From a virus: 64,000 bases of DNA. The notes under the pieces are model-generated. The model did no database searches. It worked only from the letters and a program-made list of their open reading frames with translations, and was not told the origin of the DNA. The stretch is from the IMG/VR virus record IMGVR_UViG_3300003690_002850, positions 32,001 to 96,000 of that record, one strand, 5' to 3'. The stretch's first letter is position 1; each line of letters opens with the position of its first letter. A program made the translations under genes and the position numbers. This document shows positions 10,879 to 21,598 of this stretch, piece after piece.

Positions 10879-11469
10879 TTAACCTACTAGAGCGCCTGCT
10901 AATTTACCGACAGCATTAACAGTACCACGTATAGCAGGATCTCTCCTAAAGAATTGATATGCCATAGCTACAGTAACTGTAGCGACTTCTCCATCCCCAG
11001 ACATCGAATAACCGATCTCACCGCAGTCAACAGGAAAAACACCGTGAAGCTTATATGTACGCATTGGTTCGAATTTAGTGTTTAATTGAACTAATGTAAT
11101 AGTACTATTATTATGAAGGACGCCATCACCTGTAGTAGTTTCGTCATCATATGTTTCAGTTATCCAATTTTCCATTGCAATGCGGGCATTTGTTGTTGCA
11201 TCACAATAAAAATCAATTGTATAAGAATCACTGTTAGTATAAGAAACAGTACCGGGTACTCTAAATTCAAATCCATTATATGGTACTGGTTTTGTCGCAA
11301 TTGTTTTACCAGGGAGCGTTGCAGTTGTAGCATATACTAAATCGTCTTGTGTAAAGACAGGTATACCTTTATTAGCAATATCTAATACGCGGAATTGAAA
11401 GTCACGTGCAAAGTCCCTCGTTTGAGCTACCTTATAAAAATCTTGAATTGTTTGTTTAATATCAGCCAT
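10879..11469 (-). CDS. Tail tube protein (gp19-like)
   Basis: TATLPGKTI...VPYNG...MENWI...LHGVFP pattern; directly downstream of the sheath gene. Confidence 0.85.
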   Translation of the reverse strand: MADIKQTIQDFYKVAQTRDFARDFQFRVLDIANKGIPVFTQDDLVYATTATLPGKTIATKPVPYNGFEFRVPGTVSYTNSDSYTIDFYCDATTNARIAMENWITETYDDETTTGDGVLHNNSTITLVQLNTKFEPMRTYKLHGVFPVDCGEIGYSMSGDGEVATVTVAMAYQFFRRDPAIRGTVNAVGKLAGALVG

Positions 11470-11500
11470 GATGTTATAATTATTTAGTGTTTACTTTAAT

Positions 11501-14181
11501 TTATTGTCCAACTATCTCCTGAAAACTAACGTCTGTGTTAACGGCGTAGAAGTTAACCAATATAAATTCTGCGGCACGAACGGGCTTCAAATAGATATCT
11601 ACTCTCAGTTCATTTTGATCGATAACACTAGCAGGGTTATTCCTATCGTCACAAATAATAAGGTAATCATATACACCTTCTGTTTGTTTACAATTTTCAA
11701 ACATCGGTGTTAATGTATTAACAACCTTGTTTCTTGTTAGGAACGTATTAGGTTCAAAGACAAAGAATTTCAATGTCTCTCGTGTTCTTTTCTCTAAGTC
11801 GAGGAACAACCTACGAACATTAATTCTATCAAATGCCGTGGGTGTCCGTTGCAACGTCTTTTGGCCAAATATAACTATTCCTTCACCAGGGAATTGTGTC
11901 ACAGGATTGATTGCAATTCTATATAATTGATCTCTTTGACGTTGTGTCGGGCTAATAGCAATATCATTTACACCACTAACAACACCGCGATTGAATCCAG
12001 CAGGTGCGTACCACGGTGCATATGCTGCATCGTTTTGTGCAAAGATCTTTGCAGCAACTCCAGAGAACGGAATCCAAGTTTGTGTACCACTTGTTCCATC
12101 TCCAACCTTTGCCCAGTTTCCATATGTTGTTGCAAAATTACTATTAGCAACACCAAATTGATGTCTTAAGGGCCAATACACATGCTTACTAAAGTTCTTA
12201 GATTTATCATCTAATACTTTTTGGCCAGGCGCTGAACCTTGAACAACTAATGGTCGGAATGCATCAGCAATAAAAATATGATCTTTTCTAGTCTCACGGG
12301 CAAATGATTCAAATTTATTGAATATAGTTCTATAATCGTCCCTATACCCTATTTGAGTAGTAGTTCCTTTCATGTTGGGATCTGCTGTATAGAATCCTGT
12401 CCCAGTGGTTGCATTACCAACATTTACAAAAGTAGTATCATCAAATGTAGATCCATTACCTAAGGCATGAATTGTTCCTAATCCAGCTTCAACGGTAACA
12501 TCCATTTGAAATACGTCAATATTACTACCAATTTCAAATATTCTAGTTAATTTATCTGGAATACTACCAATATTTTTATTGGGAACAATCCTTGTTCTTT
12601 AGCATAATTAACTGAACCTCTTAGGCCAGCTACCGTACCGCCACGCGCGCTTTGCGCCAAAGTAGCTGTTGTATCCAAAGCAGTTTGTAAGCAACCAGCA
12701 TTTGTACTATTAGTATGAATCGCTCGTACAAACTTTTTAGGTGCACCACCAGCAGCAGTCCACGAACCACTATGGGTACTAATATATGGATTTACTAAAA
12801 CTTTAACATTAGGAGATCCTGTTTCAACATTTTCAATGAAAATTGATTTTTGTCCTCCACCGTTTTCGTCTTGAACTTTTCTAGACGCATCTAATGAACC
12901 AGTATATCCTTCTGCTAAGAATTGTGTTAGTTCAATTTCAGAATTTGAGAATGGAGTATTTCTAATCTTAAAAACACCTAAATTAATTGTATCAATAAAT
13001 TCTGCGCCTAATTCCCACTTGGAAATATTTTCAAGAGATTTACTTACACTACTCTTTTCATCTGTTGCTGATCCAGATAGTGAAAAATCAATTCTTGATG
13101 TCGGTACAGTTGCATACTGCGCTGGTGCTTTATTTCCTGTAGAAGTTGTAGTGTAAACATAAGCTCCTGCAGCATCATATGGTGTTGATGGGTTAGTATG
13201 TGAACTATCTGAAATAGCTGCATAATAACCTTCAAAATTGTCGTTAATATAAGTAGCGCCTTTATTTAAAACAATAATACCAGCTTTACCTAAATCTGTC
13301 GTTGAGGCGGTAAATGTATTAGCAGCGCCAGCAGATAAATCATTTGACCAAGTAATGTTACCATCCTTAACTGCATTATATTGTGTTTCGGTTAATTCAA
13401 TTAGTGTTGGGTTACCGATAACATAGTAATTAGATGAACTTAAGGACTTTGTTGTTCCGTTATTACCATCAAATGTAAACATACCAAAATAGGAAGCAGC
13501 TGTACTGTGTACCTCACCCGCTACTAATGATGTGCCTGTTGCCGTAAGAGCAGAGAACTCAGAAGTTGTACCCCACGATTGGGCCGCTGATGAAATAGCA
13601 GATAATGTTACATTAGTCCGGCTACCGACAGTACCATTATCCACTAATGGTACATAATCGTTTGTCTTTGCAGAAACATAAGTTAAATTATCATTTGCAT
13701 CTTTAAGAATTAATTCGACACCAAGATCTGATCCACCATATGTACCAGACCCGTCGTCAACGAATTGCTCCTGTGTAGCGCTTATCATACCCATAGTATT
13801 TTTATTAAGATATAAAGAACCAGTAGTAGCATTAAATCCTGTAACTGTGGCGGTGTTAAGAGCGTTAACAGGATAAACTAGAGCAGAGTATCTCCGGTCG
13901 CCGGTGTTGCCGCCATAAGGTATACGAGAAACAAACACATTGGCGTCACTATTAAACACTTGACGCGCCGTATGATAAAAATATCTCTCGGCGGAGTTTG
14001 TCGGCTTGCCGTAAATTTCTTGAAACTCTGCGAACGTACCAACATTAAAAATTTCATCTGTTGGCCCTTGATCAGAGAATCCGGCGATAAATACACTTGT
14101 TCCTACTGCGGCAGCGGGACGCTGTGTTAAATCGATTTCCCTTATTTCTACACCTGGTGATTGAATTGTTCGTCTACTCAT
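11501..14181 (-). CDS. Tail sheath protein (gp18-like), split by a frameshift near 12580
   Basis: N-terminal SPGVEIREIDLT (start 14181) and C-terminal WYAPAGFNRG, FGQKTL, FDRINVRRLF. The frame changes at GLFP/NKNIGSIP. Confidence 0.9.
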
Positions 14182-14225
14182 AGTAAAACCTTTACAATTA
14201 TTTATTGTTTTCCGTGGACATATTT

Positions 14226-14262
14226 TAGTTGATTTGGCAAAATAAGCATTATAATATAAATA
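14226..14262 (+). promoter_or_regulatory. Sigma70-like promoter overlapping a TATAAATA late-type box upstream of rmlA
   Basis: TAGTTGATTT (14226) with TTGATT-N15-TATAAT (14250-14255); TATAAATA at 14255-14262. Confidence 0.6.
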
Positions 14263-14263
14263 T

Positions 14264-15130
14264 ATGAAAGGTATCATTCTAGCTGGTGGTACAGGATCAA
14301 GAGTTTATCCTAGTACTAAAACAGTTTCAAAGCAACTTTTACCGATTTATGATAAACCTACTATCTATTATCCTTTATCGACTTTAATAAAGTTAGGGAT
14401 AAAAGATATAATGATTATTACTAATGCTCAAGCATACCCTCACTTGTTATATTTGTTTCATCAAACAGATAAATTCCGACCATATTTAGGGATTAATTTT
14501 ACTTTTAAAGTACAAATGTATCCTGCTGGTATAGCTGAGGCATTAATTATTGCCGAAGCTTGGCAAGGGGATGATGATGTATGTTTAATCTTAGGAGATA
14601 ATATTTTTACTGGTATACGTAAACCGAAGCTTAATAATGGTACTGAGGCTTGTGTTGTAAGTTATAAGGTTTCAAATCCGTCTGATTATGGTGTTATAGA
14701 GCTTGATGCAACTGAAACAATAGTTTCTATAGAAGAAAAACCAAATGTTCCTGCTAGTAATTTAGCAGTAACAGGTATTTATTTTTATAATAATACAGCA
14801 GGGGAGCGGGCGCGAGCGTTAAAGCCGTCCGCGAGAGGTGAATTAGAAATTACTGATTTAAATAAAAGTTATTTACAGGATAATGTACTAGGTCATAGTA
14901 GTTTAAATAGTAATTATGCCTGGTTTGATACCGGTAATCCTGATGAAATGTTTGCTGCTTCCATGTATGTAAAGTCTATACAAGATAGAACCAATACAAT
15001 GATTGGTTGTATTGAAGGAGAGTCATGGAAACAGGGTAATATTAAATATGAAGAATTACAAAAAATTGTCGATAAAATGCCTGCATGTTCATATAAGACA
15101 AATATTGTAATGAGCTATTATTTTGATTAA
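14264..15130 (+). CDS. rmlA: Glucose-1-phosphate thymidylyltransferase
   Basis: MKGIILAGGTGSR, SKQLLPIYDKP, LILGDN, EEKP, RGELEITD, AWFDTG. Confidence 0.95.
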   Translation: MKGIILAGGTGSRVYPSTKTVSKQLLPIYDKPTIYYPLSTLIKLGIKDIMIITNAQAYPHLLYLFHQTDKFRPYLGINFTFKVQMYPAGIAEALIIAEAWQGDDDVCLILGDNIFTGIRKPKLNNGTEACVVSYKVSNPSDYGVIELDATETIVSIEEKPNVPASNLAVTGIYFYNNTAGERARALKPSARGELEITDLNKSYLQDNVLGHSSLNSNYAWFDTGNPDEMFAASMYVKSIQDRTNTMIGCIEGESWKQGNIKYEELQKIVDKMPACSYKTNIVMSYYFD

Positions 15131-15138
15131 ATACTTTT

Positions 15139-15378
15139 ATGGCAGATGTTGATGATAAGGTATCTGAAAGCATAGTAGGAAAATATTATGTAGATACGCA
15201 ATGTATTGATTGTGATTTGTGTCGCGAAACAGCAAGAGATAATTTTACCAGGCATTCAGAGGAAGGTTATTCATATGTTTACAAGCAACCTCAAAATGAA
15301 GAAGAAGAGGAGTTATGTAAAGAGGCTATGGAGAATTGTCCAGTCGACGCAATCGGGGATGATGGTGATACTAAATAA
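15139..15378 (+). CDS. Single-cluster ferredoxin
   Basis: CIDCDLC ... CPVDAI iron-sulfur motif. Confidence 0.92.
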   Translation: MADVDDKVSESIVGKYYVDTQCIDCDLCRETARDNFTRHSEEGYSYVYKQPQNEEEEELCKEAMENCPVDAIGDDGDTK

Positions 15379-15382
15379 CGAA

Positions 15383-15586
15383 ATGCCAAATAAAGAACAC
15401 AACTGTCGTGCACGGGGCCTTGTACACCGAAACGAACGTTGGATTCAAAATTCTACACACGAATATGATCCGTACCACAAGTGGTATGGAATACTTTTAT
15501 ATGCATATAGACAACATGAACTCGATGAGGAAGAAGAAACGGATGGTTGTCCTGTAGAAGCGATAGGTAATGACGGTGATGCTTAA
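15383..15586 (+). CDS. Hypothetical protein ending in a ferredoxin C-terminal remnant
   Basis: ATG at 15383; ends GCPVEAIGNDGDA, paralogous to the upstream CPVDAIGDDGD. Confidence 0.5.
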   Translation: MPNKEHNCRARGLVHRNERWIQNSTHEYDPYHKWYGILLYAYRQHELDEEEETDGCPVEAIGNDGDA

Positions 15587-15798
15587 ATTTGAGTCCCGAC
15601 TGTTCCTTCAATATTATAATATTGTAAGTATTTCTTTACTTCATTAATATCTACAAAATATTCCGGTAACAATTCTCCGTCTTTACTTACCTCTGAACTT
15701 GATACAATAAATTGCCCAGTCCTTTCTATAATAACTGTTTTATTTTTTATATTATATATAAAGTCAGGGTATGATTCTAATAGTCGCCTCATATTCAT
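15583..15798 (-). CDS. Hypothetical protein
   Basis: 71-aa ORF directly following the gp3-like gene. Confidence 0.55.
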   Translation of the reverse strand: MNMRRLLESYPDFIYNIKNKTVIIERTGQFIVSSSEVSKDGELLPEYFVDINEVKKYLQYYNIEGTVGTQI

Positions 15799-15800
15799 AA

Positions 15801-16388
15801 TTAAATTAATTTTGCTTCTAGTCTTGTAAACTCAAAAGTAGCAGCTGAAGTAATTTCTTCACTAATAGCATAGTTCCATTTAATTTCGGTTAATTTAGTT
15901 GGAAAGGCTCCAATATAGTCCCATTGGATTTTACGGTTTTCATATTCATCTAAACCGTATACTGTTAAATTAGATGAATATATAGGAAGTTGTTGAGAAG
16001 GACTCATTAACTCTTGAGCCGATTTATATTTTATAATATCATCTTCATTAAAATTACCAGTTTTAATATCATTAATAATATCAAGCCATTTATATATTGC
16101 CCAATAATTTTTAAATTCGTTATCAATTTTAAAATCTATATTTAAAGATTCATATGACGGGCGAGCGTGAGAGCTAACTTTTATAGTTTGTGCTCCATAT
16201 GGAACAGTTTTTTCAGGTATACTAATAGTAGGTGTAACAGCTCCAGCAATACTAATTTCTAAGCTATTAGCGTCAATTCTATTTGTATTTCTAGTTATAT
16301 TATCTACGATATTTTTTATACCTTCGGGTAAGTTTAAAATTAGTATAAATTTATCTTGTCTATTTTTATTAAGTGGTGCTTGGTTCAT
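15801..16388 (-). CDS. Tail completion / sheath stabilizer (gp3-like)
   Basis: YESLNIDFKIDNEFKNYWAIYKWL and AFPTKL...ATFEF, typical of gp3. Confidence 0.8.
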   Translation of the reverse strand: MNQAPLNKNRQDKFILILNLPEGIKNIVDNITRNTNRIDANSLEISIAGAVTPTISIPEKTVPYGAQTIKVSSHARPSYESLNIDFKIDNEFKNYWAIYKWLDIINDIKTGNFNEDDIIKYKSAQELMSPSQQLPIYSSNLTVYGLDEYENRKIQWDYIGAFPTKLTEIKWNYAISEEITSAATFEFTRLEAKLI

Positions 16389-18058
16389 AGTTTAACATAT
16401 CCTTGTGCTTCTAATTCGTCCATATCTGCATTATAGTTAGGACCTGTGTCCTCATTAAAAATATTTATATCTGTAAAGTGAACCTCATGTGGTTTCCAGG
16501 TATCGTCAATATTTTGCATTTTATAATCTTGTAGAAAGTTGCTAAACTTTTGATCGATATATGGTCCTAGTTCTATTTTTGCAGGCCGTTGATTATCATC
16601 AATTTCTACAACATTGTAATATTTTTGTATAACGCTATTTTCTAATATTAATAATGCCCATACCATTGCCATAACTCTATCATCATGATCAAATCCAGGT
16701 TGTGCCGCCCAAGACCCATTAGGATATCTTACAAAATTTTTCATTTCTACGACAGTAGGTTTTGATTTTATATCGACACACTTAATATCATTAACCCAAT
16801 ATCTCATATTAGTAATACCTTTATATTTGGTATTAGTATGAGCATACACTCCTATCCTATCATATTTTATTTGACCTATTTTAGGAGACCAATTAACTAT
16901 GTTTTTATAATTATATTGGTGATATAAATTATCGACTACCTGACTACCACAATTATTTCTTTCTATTAATACAGGGGGTGCTCCCCAGTGATAACATATA
17001 TCACGGACTTTAGTAGTAAACTCAAATGGATTGATTTCATTAGATGCATATTCTGCGACTTGTTTTATATCTTGTAACTCAGTTATATCTAAGACTTGTA
17101 TAACGCTAAAATTTTGACCGACACCTTCTGCTACATCAACTCCAATAGTATATAAATGATCTTTATCAGGCTCAGTCCATATTTTATAACAACCATCATC
17201 AAACACATATGTTGGTTCTGTTGCATTTGCTAATAATTTTTCAAAAAAGATTTCATCAATAAATGAATCACCGGTATCAAGAAACTTACAATCAAACTCT
17301 TGCGCAAAGGCTTCTTCACTGCCTATAGATTTAATTGTGTCAATTTTCCATTCCTCATCGCGACCAGGAACTTCATGCCATAATATTTTTTCTGCTTGCC
17401 AGTTGTTTATTCCTTTTACTGCTTCTGTGTATAATGTATGAAATAAATTACCACTACCGTTTGGAGTAGATGCTACAAATATTTTAGATTTTGTTGAGGC
17501 AGAAATAATAGGATATACTGACTTCCAAAAAGATTCAACGAGATTATTTGGGATAAACGCTAACTCATCTAAAATTAATACATTAACAGATTCACCACGA
17601 CCGGCGTCTGAGCTTGTAGTACTAATACCAATACTACTACCATTGGCTAATTTCATAGAAGTTTTACCATACTCTACAACTCCAGGTTTTAAATAATTTG
17701 GTAAATTCTCGTATGCAAGTCTAACTCGTGAAAAAATACTAATAGCAGTTTGTTCTTTATTAGCAACAATTAATATACGTTGATCGTCTTGAAAACAAGC
17801 AATCCATAGAGCATAAATTGTCATCATAGTAGTTTTTCAACTGCGTAATACCCTTTTTTGGTAAGAATATAAAGTTATTAACATTTTGCCTTGATCGAGA
17901 TTAACAATGTGAAAAAAGTTTTCTGCAAAATGAAGAATATTCTGTCTCGACTTCTTAAGAGACTTAACCATCTCAGGAGTCCACGCGTACTCCATATTAG
18001 GGTTAGGTAGGTTTGTATTACCTAAATAAAATTTATCGTCCTTTTTTAGCCTCGGCAC
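16385..18058 (-). CDS. Terminase large subunit (gp17-like), interrupted by an in-frame TGA at 17837-17839 where most of the Walker A segment is missing
   Basis: N-terminal ITLYSYQK, then KTTMM; Walker B LILDELAF, ASTPNG, FAQEF, GVDVAEG, HDDRVMA. Confidence 0.92.
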
Positions 18059-18070
18059 TATAAATATTTA
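18059..18070. promoter_or_regulatory. Palindromic bidirectional late-type promoter
   Basis: TATAAATATTTA between divergent genes; TAAATA reads on both strands, 5-6 nt from each start codon. Confidence 0.6.
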
Positions 18071-18071
18071 C

Positions 18072-19508
18072 ATGACCAGCAGAGATTTAAACTCTATTAA
18101 TGAAGCCTTTACCAAAGCTACGGGAAAGGTAGTTGCTGAAGAGACTGTAGAGTCGAAAGAAATTATAACTGAAGTCGCCGAGTCCTCGGGGGATCCGGTG
18201 GCACAGCAACCAAAGCGCCGCGGCATGTTTGATCCAGATTGGCGTTCGCGTAAGGGCAAGCATACGAAAAAAGCGACAAAAGCGGAGTTGAGACAAAGAG
18301 AACGTGAACGTACCCCTAGATCGAAGAAGGTAAAAGAAGATCTTGGACCGGATTTTGGTGATGAAGAAGATTTAGGTGATCCTTCTCGTCATAGTGGTGA
18401 TTATTTAGATGATGAGCCATTAGAGGTTGGAGATATAGTAGAGGTTGAAGGTGAAGGTTCAGATTTTGTAATTCTTAGTATTGATGGAGACTGGGTTTCA
18501 GCTGCCGAGGTAGGTGACGGAATTGAGGTTAAAAAAGATGCAGTTGTAAAGACATCGAGCATGACATGGGGCAAGAAAGAGTCAGTTAGAATTGAAAGAA
18601 AGCTAGTTACATTAAAGGAGAAAAAGAAAAGTATGAAGTATGCAAATATAATGGAAGATTTTGAAAACCTCTTATCGTCAAGTTCCAAAGGGTTTTCATT
18701 AAAATCTAGAATAAATGAAGAAGATGGGACGTCATTTAACCAGCCTAAGGAAGATGTTGGAGTTAAGCTTAATAAAAACCAACGCCCAGCTGATGAAGTT
18801 GATTCAGAAAAACAAGAATCGTCTACAGAAAATGTTGATGATGACGTACAAGAGCCAAAAGAAGCAGACAAAGCAGACAAGCCAGAAGAAAAAAATACTA
18901 AAAAAGAGAAGAAAGTTGTTGAGGATAGTATAAATAATTGTAACAAAGGTAATATTATGTCAGAAGATAAATCCATATTTGATAAGCTCTATGAGCAAGT
19001 TATGAGTGAAGACGACGATTTCGGTGCTGAGTTAGGTTTACCCGGCGGGGATGAAATCAGTGTTGGCGATGATGAGTTTGGCGACGAGGGTGGTGAAGAC
19101 ATCACTGTAACGTTAACTCCTGATCAAGCTGATGCTATTCGTGCTGTCGCTGATCAGCTTGCTCCGGCGGACGATCTTGATGCCGAGCTAGATGATCTCG
19201 GTGGTGAAGAGGAACCAGAAGAGGGATTTCGTCGCGAGGGCGCCGAATCTAGCGAAACAGTAGCTGAGGGAGATGAGACATCTTCTGGCAAGCCGACAAG
19301 TGACGGTGCGAAGACAGGTGTAGATCCTTCGAAGAGCGGGCACCACTCGGAACTACCTGCTGATGCTTTAGGTGGTAAGTCGACAGGTACAGGTGATGCG
19401 AAGGTTACGGATGATGCTCCTACAACCGGTAAAGCGACAACTGACGGTAAGACCGTGGGCGATAAGAAACACGGTAAAGGTCCGTTAAAGGCTAAAGCTA
19501 AGATCTAA
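18072..19508 (+). CDS. Acidic low-complexity protein, possible prohead core/internal head protein
   Basis: Very D/E-rich with several (I/L/V)xE motifs; late-type promoter upstream and strong terminator downstream. Confidence 0.5.
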   Translation: MTSRDLNSINEAFTKATGKVVAEETVESKEIITEVAESSGDPVAQQPKRRGMFDPDWRSRKGKHTKKATKAELRQRERERTPRSKKVKEDLGPDFGDEEDLGDPSRHSGDYLDDEPLEVGDIVEVEGEGSDFVILSIDGDWVSAAEVGDGIEVKKDAVVKTSSMTWGKKESVRIERKLVTLKEKKKSMKYANIMEDFENLLSSSSKGFSLKSRINEEDGTSFNQPKEDVGVKLNKNQRPADEVDSEKQESSTENVDDDVQEPKEADKADKPEEKNTKKEKKVVEDSINNCNKGNIMSEDKSIFDKLYEQVMSEDDDFGAELGLPGGDEISVGDDEFGDEGGEDITVTLTPDQADAIRAVADQLAPADDLDAELDDLGGEEEPEEGFRREGAESSETVAEGDETSSGKPTSDGAKTGVDPSKSGHHSELPADALGGKSTGTGDAKVTDDAPTTGKATTDGKTVGDKKHGKGPLKAKAKI

Positions 19509-19534
19509 TACAATTAAAACATAGTACCTTTGAT

Positions 19535-19563
19535 AGCCCCTTACAATGTAAGGGGCTTTTTTT
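19535..19563 (+). terminator. Rho-independent terminator
   Basis: AGCCCCTTACA-A-TGTAAGGGGCT inverted repeat followed by a T-run. Confidence 0.9.
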
Positions 19564-19577
19564 ATTAAATAATTAAA

Positions 19578-19886
19578 ATGTTATTCACTCGGAAATTCCT
19601 TGAAGCGTTAGGGTGTAAAAATTTATACAAATTGAGAGGGAGTACAGGTTCTGGTAGAAAGCATCAAAATTTGCTACCTGCTAGTAGTCGTGCGAAACCT
19701 GAGCCAAACAGTTTTAAAATTTTAAAAGCATCTCAAACAGGTACACATCGTTTAAGTGTTCAAGATATACAAGAACTAAAACAATTATATGGAATTACAG
19801 ATCTTGAGAAAGAAGGATCTAGAAATTTAGGTAATACAGGAATAACAATGTATATTGATAACAATCAATATTTTATTAAAAAGTAA
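19578..19886 (+). CDS. Hypothetical protein
   Basis: 102-aa ORF after TAAATA; TAATG coupling to the next gene. Confidence 0.6.
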   Translation: MLFTRKFLEALGCKNLYKLRGSTGSGRKHQNLLPASSRAKPEPNSFKILKASQTGTHRLSVQDIQELKQLYGITDLEKEGSRNLGNTGITMYIDNNQYFIKK

Positions 19887-20638
19887 TGGCATCGGCATGG
19901 AGTACAGATACAGTTACGGCAGTTAACTATCATAGTGACGCTGAGGATATTATTCGGTTTAATAATAAATCGTTGGGTGCTAACGAGCGTAATAAAACAT
20001 ATAAAAAATGGTGGAAGGAGCAAATAAGATTATATGGAACTAACGTTAGTTATTACGTCCGAAAATTTGATTTAGCTAACACTGATAAAGTGTATGGTGA
20101 AAACCCGTATCAAGGATATCAGGTTGCTCAGACCATGACTATGTTAATAGACTTAACCGATGGTGCAATAACATATTCTCAATATGGTTTAGTATCTGAT
20201 GATGAATTAACAGCAGTAATAGATATTGAAACTTATCAGCAAACTCTCTCTTCTTATTATCATTCTTCTGGTTATACTGGTACGTTAAGCGCTATGCCTA
20301 ATGCAGGGGATGTATTTCAATTAACCGAATATGGTTCAGTTGATCGACCTGGAGGAAAGGACGGAAAGATATTTGAAATTACAGAACGTATAGATCAAAT
20401 GGTTGGTGAGATCAATCAGCTCCAAGGTCATTATGTATTTAGACTCCGTGCTCGTAGAAACGATCATACATTCTTACCAGGATTGCCTGCTGAAGCTAAA
20501 TCTACTCAAGTTACTGATACGTCTGGTGTTGGGCCTTTAACAGCTCTCGAGACTGATTATATTAATGACTTAGATACAGAACAAGCGACATATTTTGATT
20601 ATGGATCTAACGACGATGTGTATGGAGATTATTACTAA
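19886..20638 (+). CDS. Neck / head-closure protein (gp14-like)
   Basis: EQIRLYGTNVSYY...DKVYGE...SQYGLVSDDELT...PNAGD...IFEIT pattern of gp14. Confidence 0.75.
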   Translation: MASAWSTDTVTAVNYHSDAEDIIRFNNKSLGANERNKTYKKWWKEQIRLYGTNVSYYVRKFDLANTDKVYGENPYQGYQVAQTMTMLIDLTDGAITYSQYGLVSDDELTAVIDIETYQQTLSSYYHSSGYTGTLSAMPNAGDVFQLTEYGSVDRPGGKDGKIFEITERIDQMVGEINQLQGHYVFRLRARRNDHTFLPGLPAEAKSTQVTDTSGVGPLTALETDYINDLDTEQATYFDYGSNDDVYGDYY

Positions 20639-20828
20639 ATTCATACTCTACATCTTTTAATACAGAGTGATATCGCTCAGCGATATATTTGTTAATAGGA
20701 ATCGGCTTTAGACAATCTTTTGTATGTCCTATTTTTTCTGCTTTATCGGCGATAATATTTACTGCTTCAAATAAGCACAACCATCTCGCCAGTTGTGAAT
20801 AGTCTTTAGTAGGGGGGTTATTTCTCAT
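20607..20828 (-). CDS. Hypothetical protein
   Basis: 73-aa ORF in an overlapping gene chain. Confidence 0.55.
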   Translation of the reverse strand: MRNNPPTKDYSQLARWLCLFEAVNIIADKAEKIGHTKDCLKPIPINKYIAERYHSVLKDVEYEFSNNLHTHRR

Positions 20829-21231
20829 AAATCATATCAATTCCCTGATCAGGGAATGTTGTTGGTAATACAGTACTAATATCAATTTTTACTTTATTCT
20901 GAGCATCACAATCTTCACAAGTAAATTCATTGTCGTCCTTTGTTAATATTACGTATACATTATTCATTTTTTTACAGCTTTGACATTCAGCTAAAATTCG
21001 ATTTTGTTCTGCTAATTGAGATAAATGTAGCACCTCTTTTTCTAAATTTAAGCGAGCGTGATATCTAAGAATATTATTATATAGAAAAAAGAACAGTATT
21101 TGAGCACCGGTTGTTGCTATGAATACTTTTATAAAGCCAGTAAGGGAGGGATAAAATAAAACTGTTATACCGCTAATTGAACTTGAAATTAAAATTAAAA
21201 TTAATAAACTCTTAACTATCTGATTCGTCAT
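20818..21231 (-). CDS. Membrane protein with Zn-ribbon
   Basis: Two N-terminal hydrophobic helices; CQSC and CEDC. Confidence 0.65.
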   Translation of the reverse strand: MTNQIVKSLLILILISSSISGITVLFYPSLTGFIKVFIATTGAQILFFFLYNNILRYHARLNLEKEVLHLSQLAEQNRILAECQSCKKMNNVYVILTKDDNEFTCEDCDAQNKVKIDISTVLPTTFPDQGIDMIYEK

Positions 21232-21577
21232 GATCTAAATCTTCTGACACTGATTTTATAAGATCCTGAATTTTTTGCAACTTTAAAGTTGCGGATTGTA
21301 CAACTTTTTCATCCATGTGTGTGGAAGGATTTTCAAAAAGTTGATTTAATAAATAAGTGGCATCAGATACATTTTTATATGCACTACCAAGTTGTTCGAT
21401 AAGATGATCACCAGGAAAAGGAACAAGTTCAGCTGAAATTTTATTATAAGTTGCTGGACTAGCCTTTGCAATATCAGCAAATGTTTTTGTAGTTGGTCGA
21501 ACGTGTCTAGACTTCACATCTTTCCAATACTTGTTAGTGTACTTATATAAATCTTCGAAAAGTAGGCCTTTCATCAT
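21212..21577 (-). CDS. Hypothetical protein
   Basis: 121-aa ORF with TAAATA just upstream on the minus strand. Confidence 0.6.
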   Translation of the reverse strand: MMKGLLFEDLYKYTNKYWKDVKSRHVRPTTKTFADIAKASPATYNKISAELVPFPGDHLIEQLGSAYKNVSDATYLLNQLFENPSTHMDEKVVQSATLKLQKIQDLIKSVSEDLDHDESDS

Positions 21578-21597
21578 AAGTATTTATTAAATACTTA
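21577..21597. promoter_or_regulatory. Inverted-repeat bidirectional late-type promoter
   Basis: TAAGTATTTA-T-TAAATACTTA, a perfect 10-bp inverted repeat filling the divergent intergenic gap. Confidence 0.6.
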
Positions 21598-21598
21598 C

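Noticed and set aside
12560-12600. Programmed -1 frameshift in the sheath gene
   Set aside because: No X-XXY-YYZ slippery heptamer seen, and similar breaks occur in three unrelated genes
6468-13235. Alternative-frame and antisense ORFs in the track (for example 6468-6785, 8141-8446, 9460-9804, 11113-11340, 13044-13235)
   Set aside because: They lie fully within well-supported genes and have no motifs; shadow ORFs. The same applies to 18401-18976, 39577-39969 and 59524-59913
14182-14277. Extended sheath start at 14277, and similarly the 61066, 47268 and 1438 starts
   Set aside because: Extensions overlap promoters or opposite-strand genes; conserved N-termini and promoter spacing favour downstream starts
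17830-17845. TGA recoding (TGA=Gly would give GKTT) in the terminase
   Set aside because: The upstream SRQ part of Walker A would still be missing, and many genes here end in TGA with ATGA overlaps, so the standard code applies
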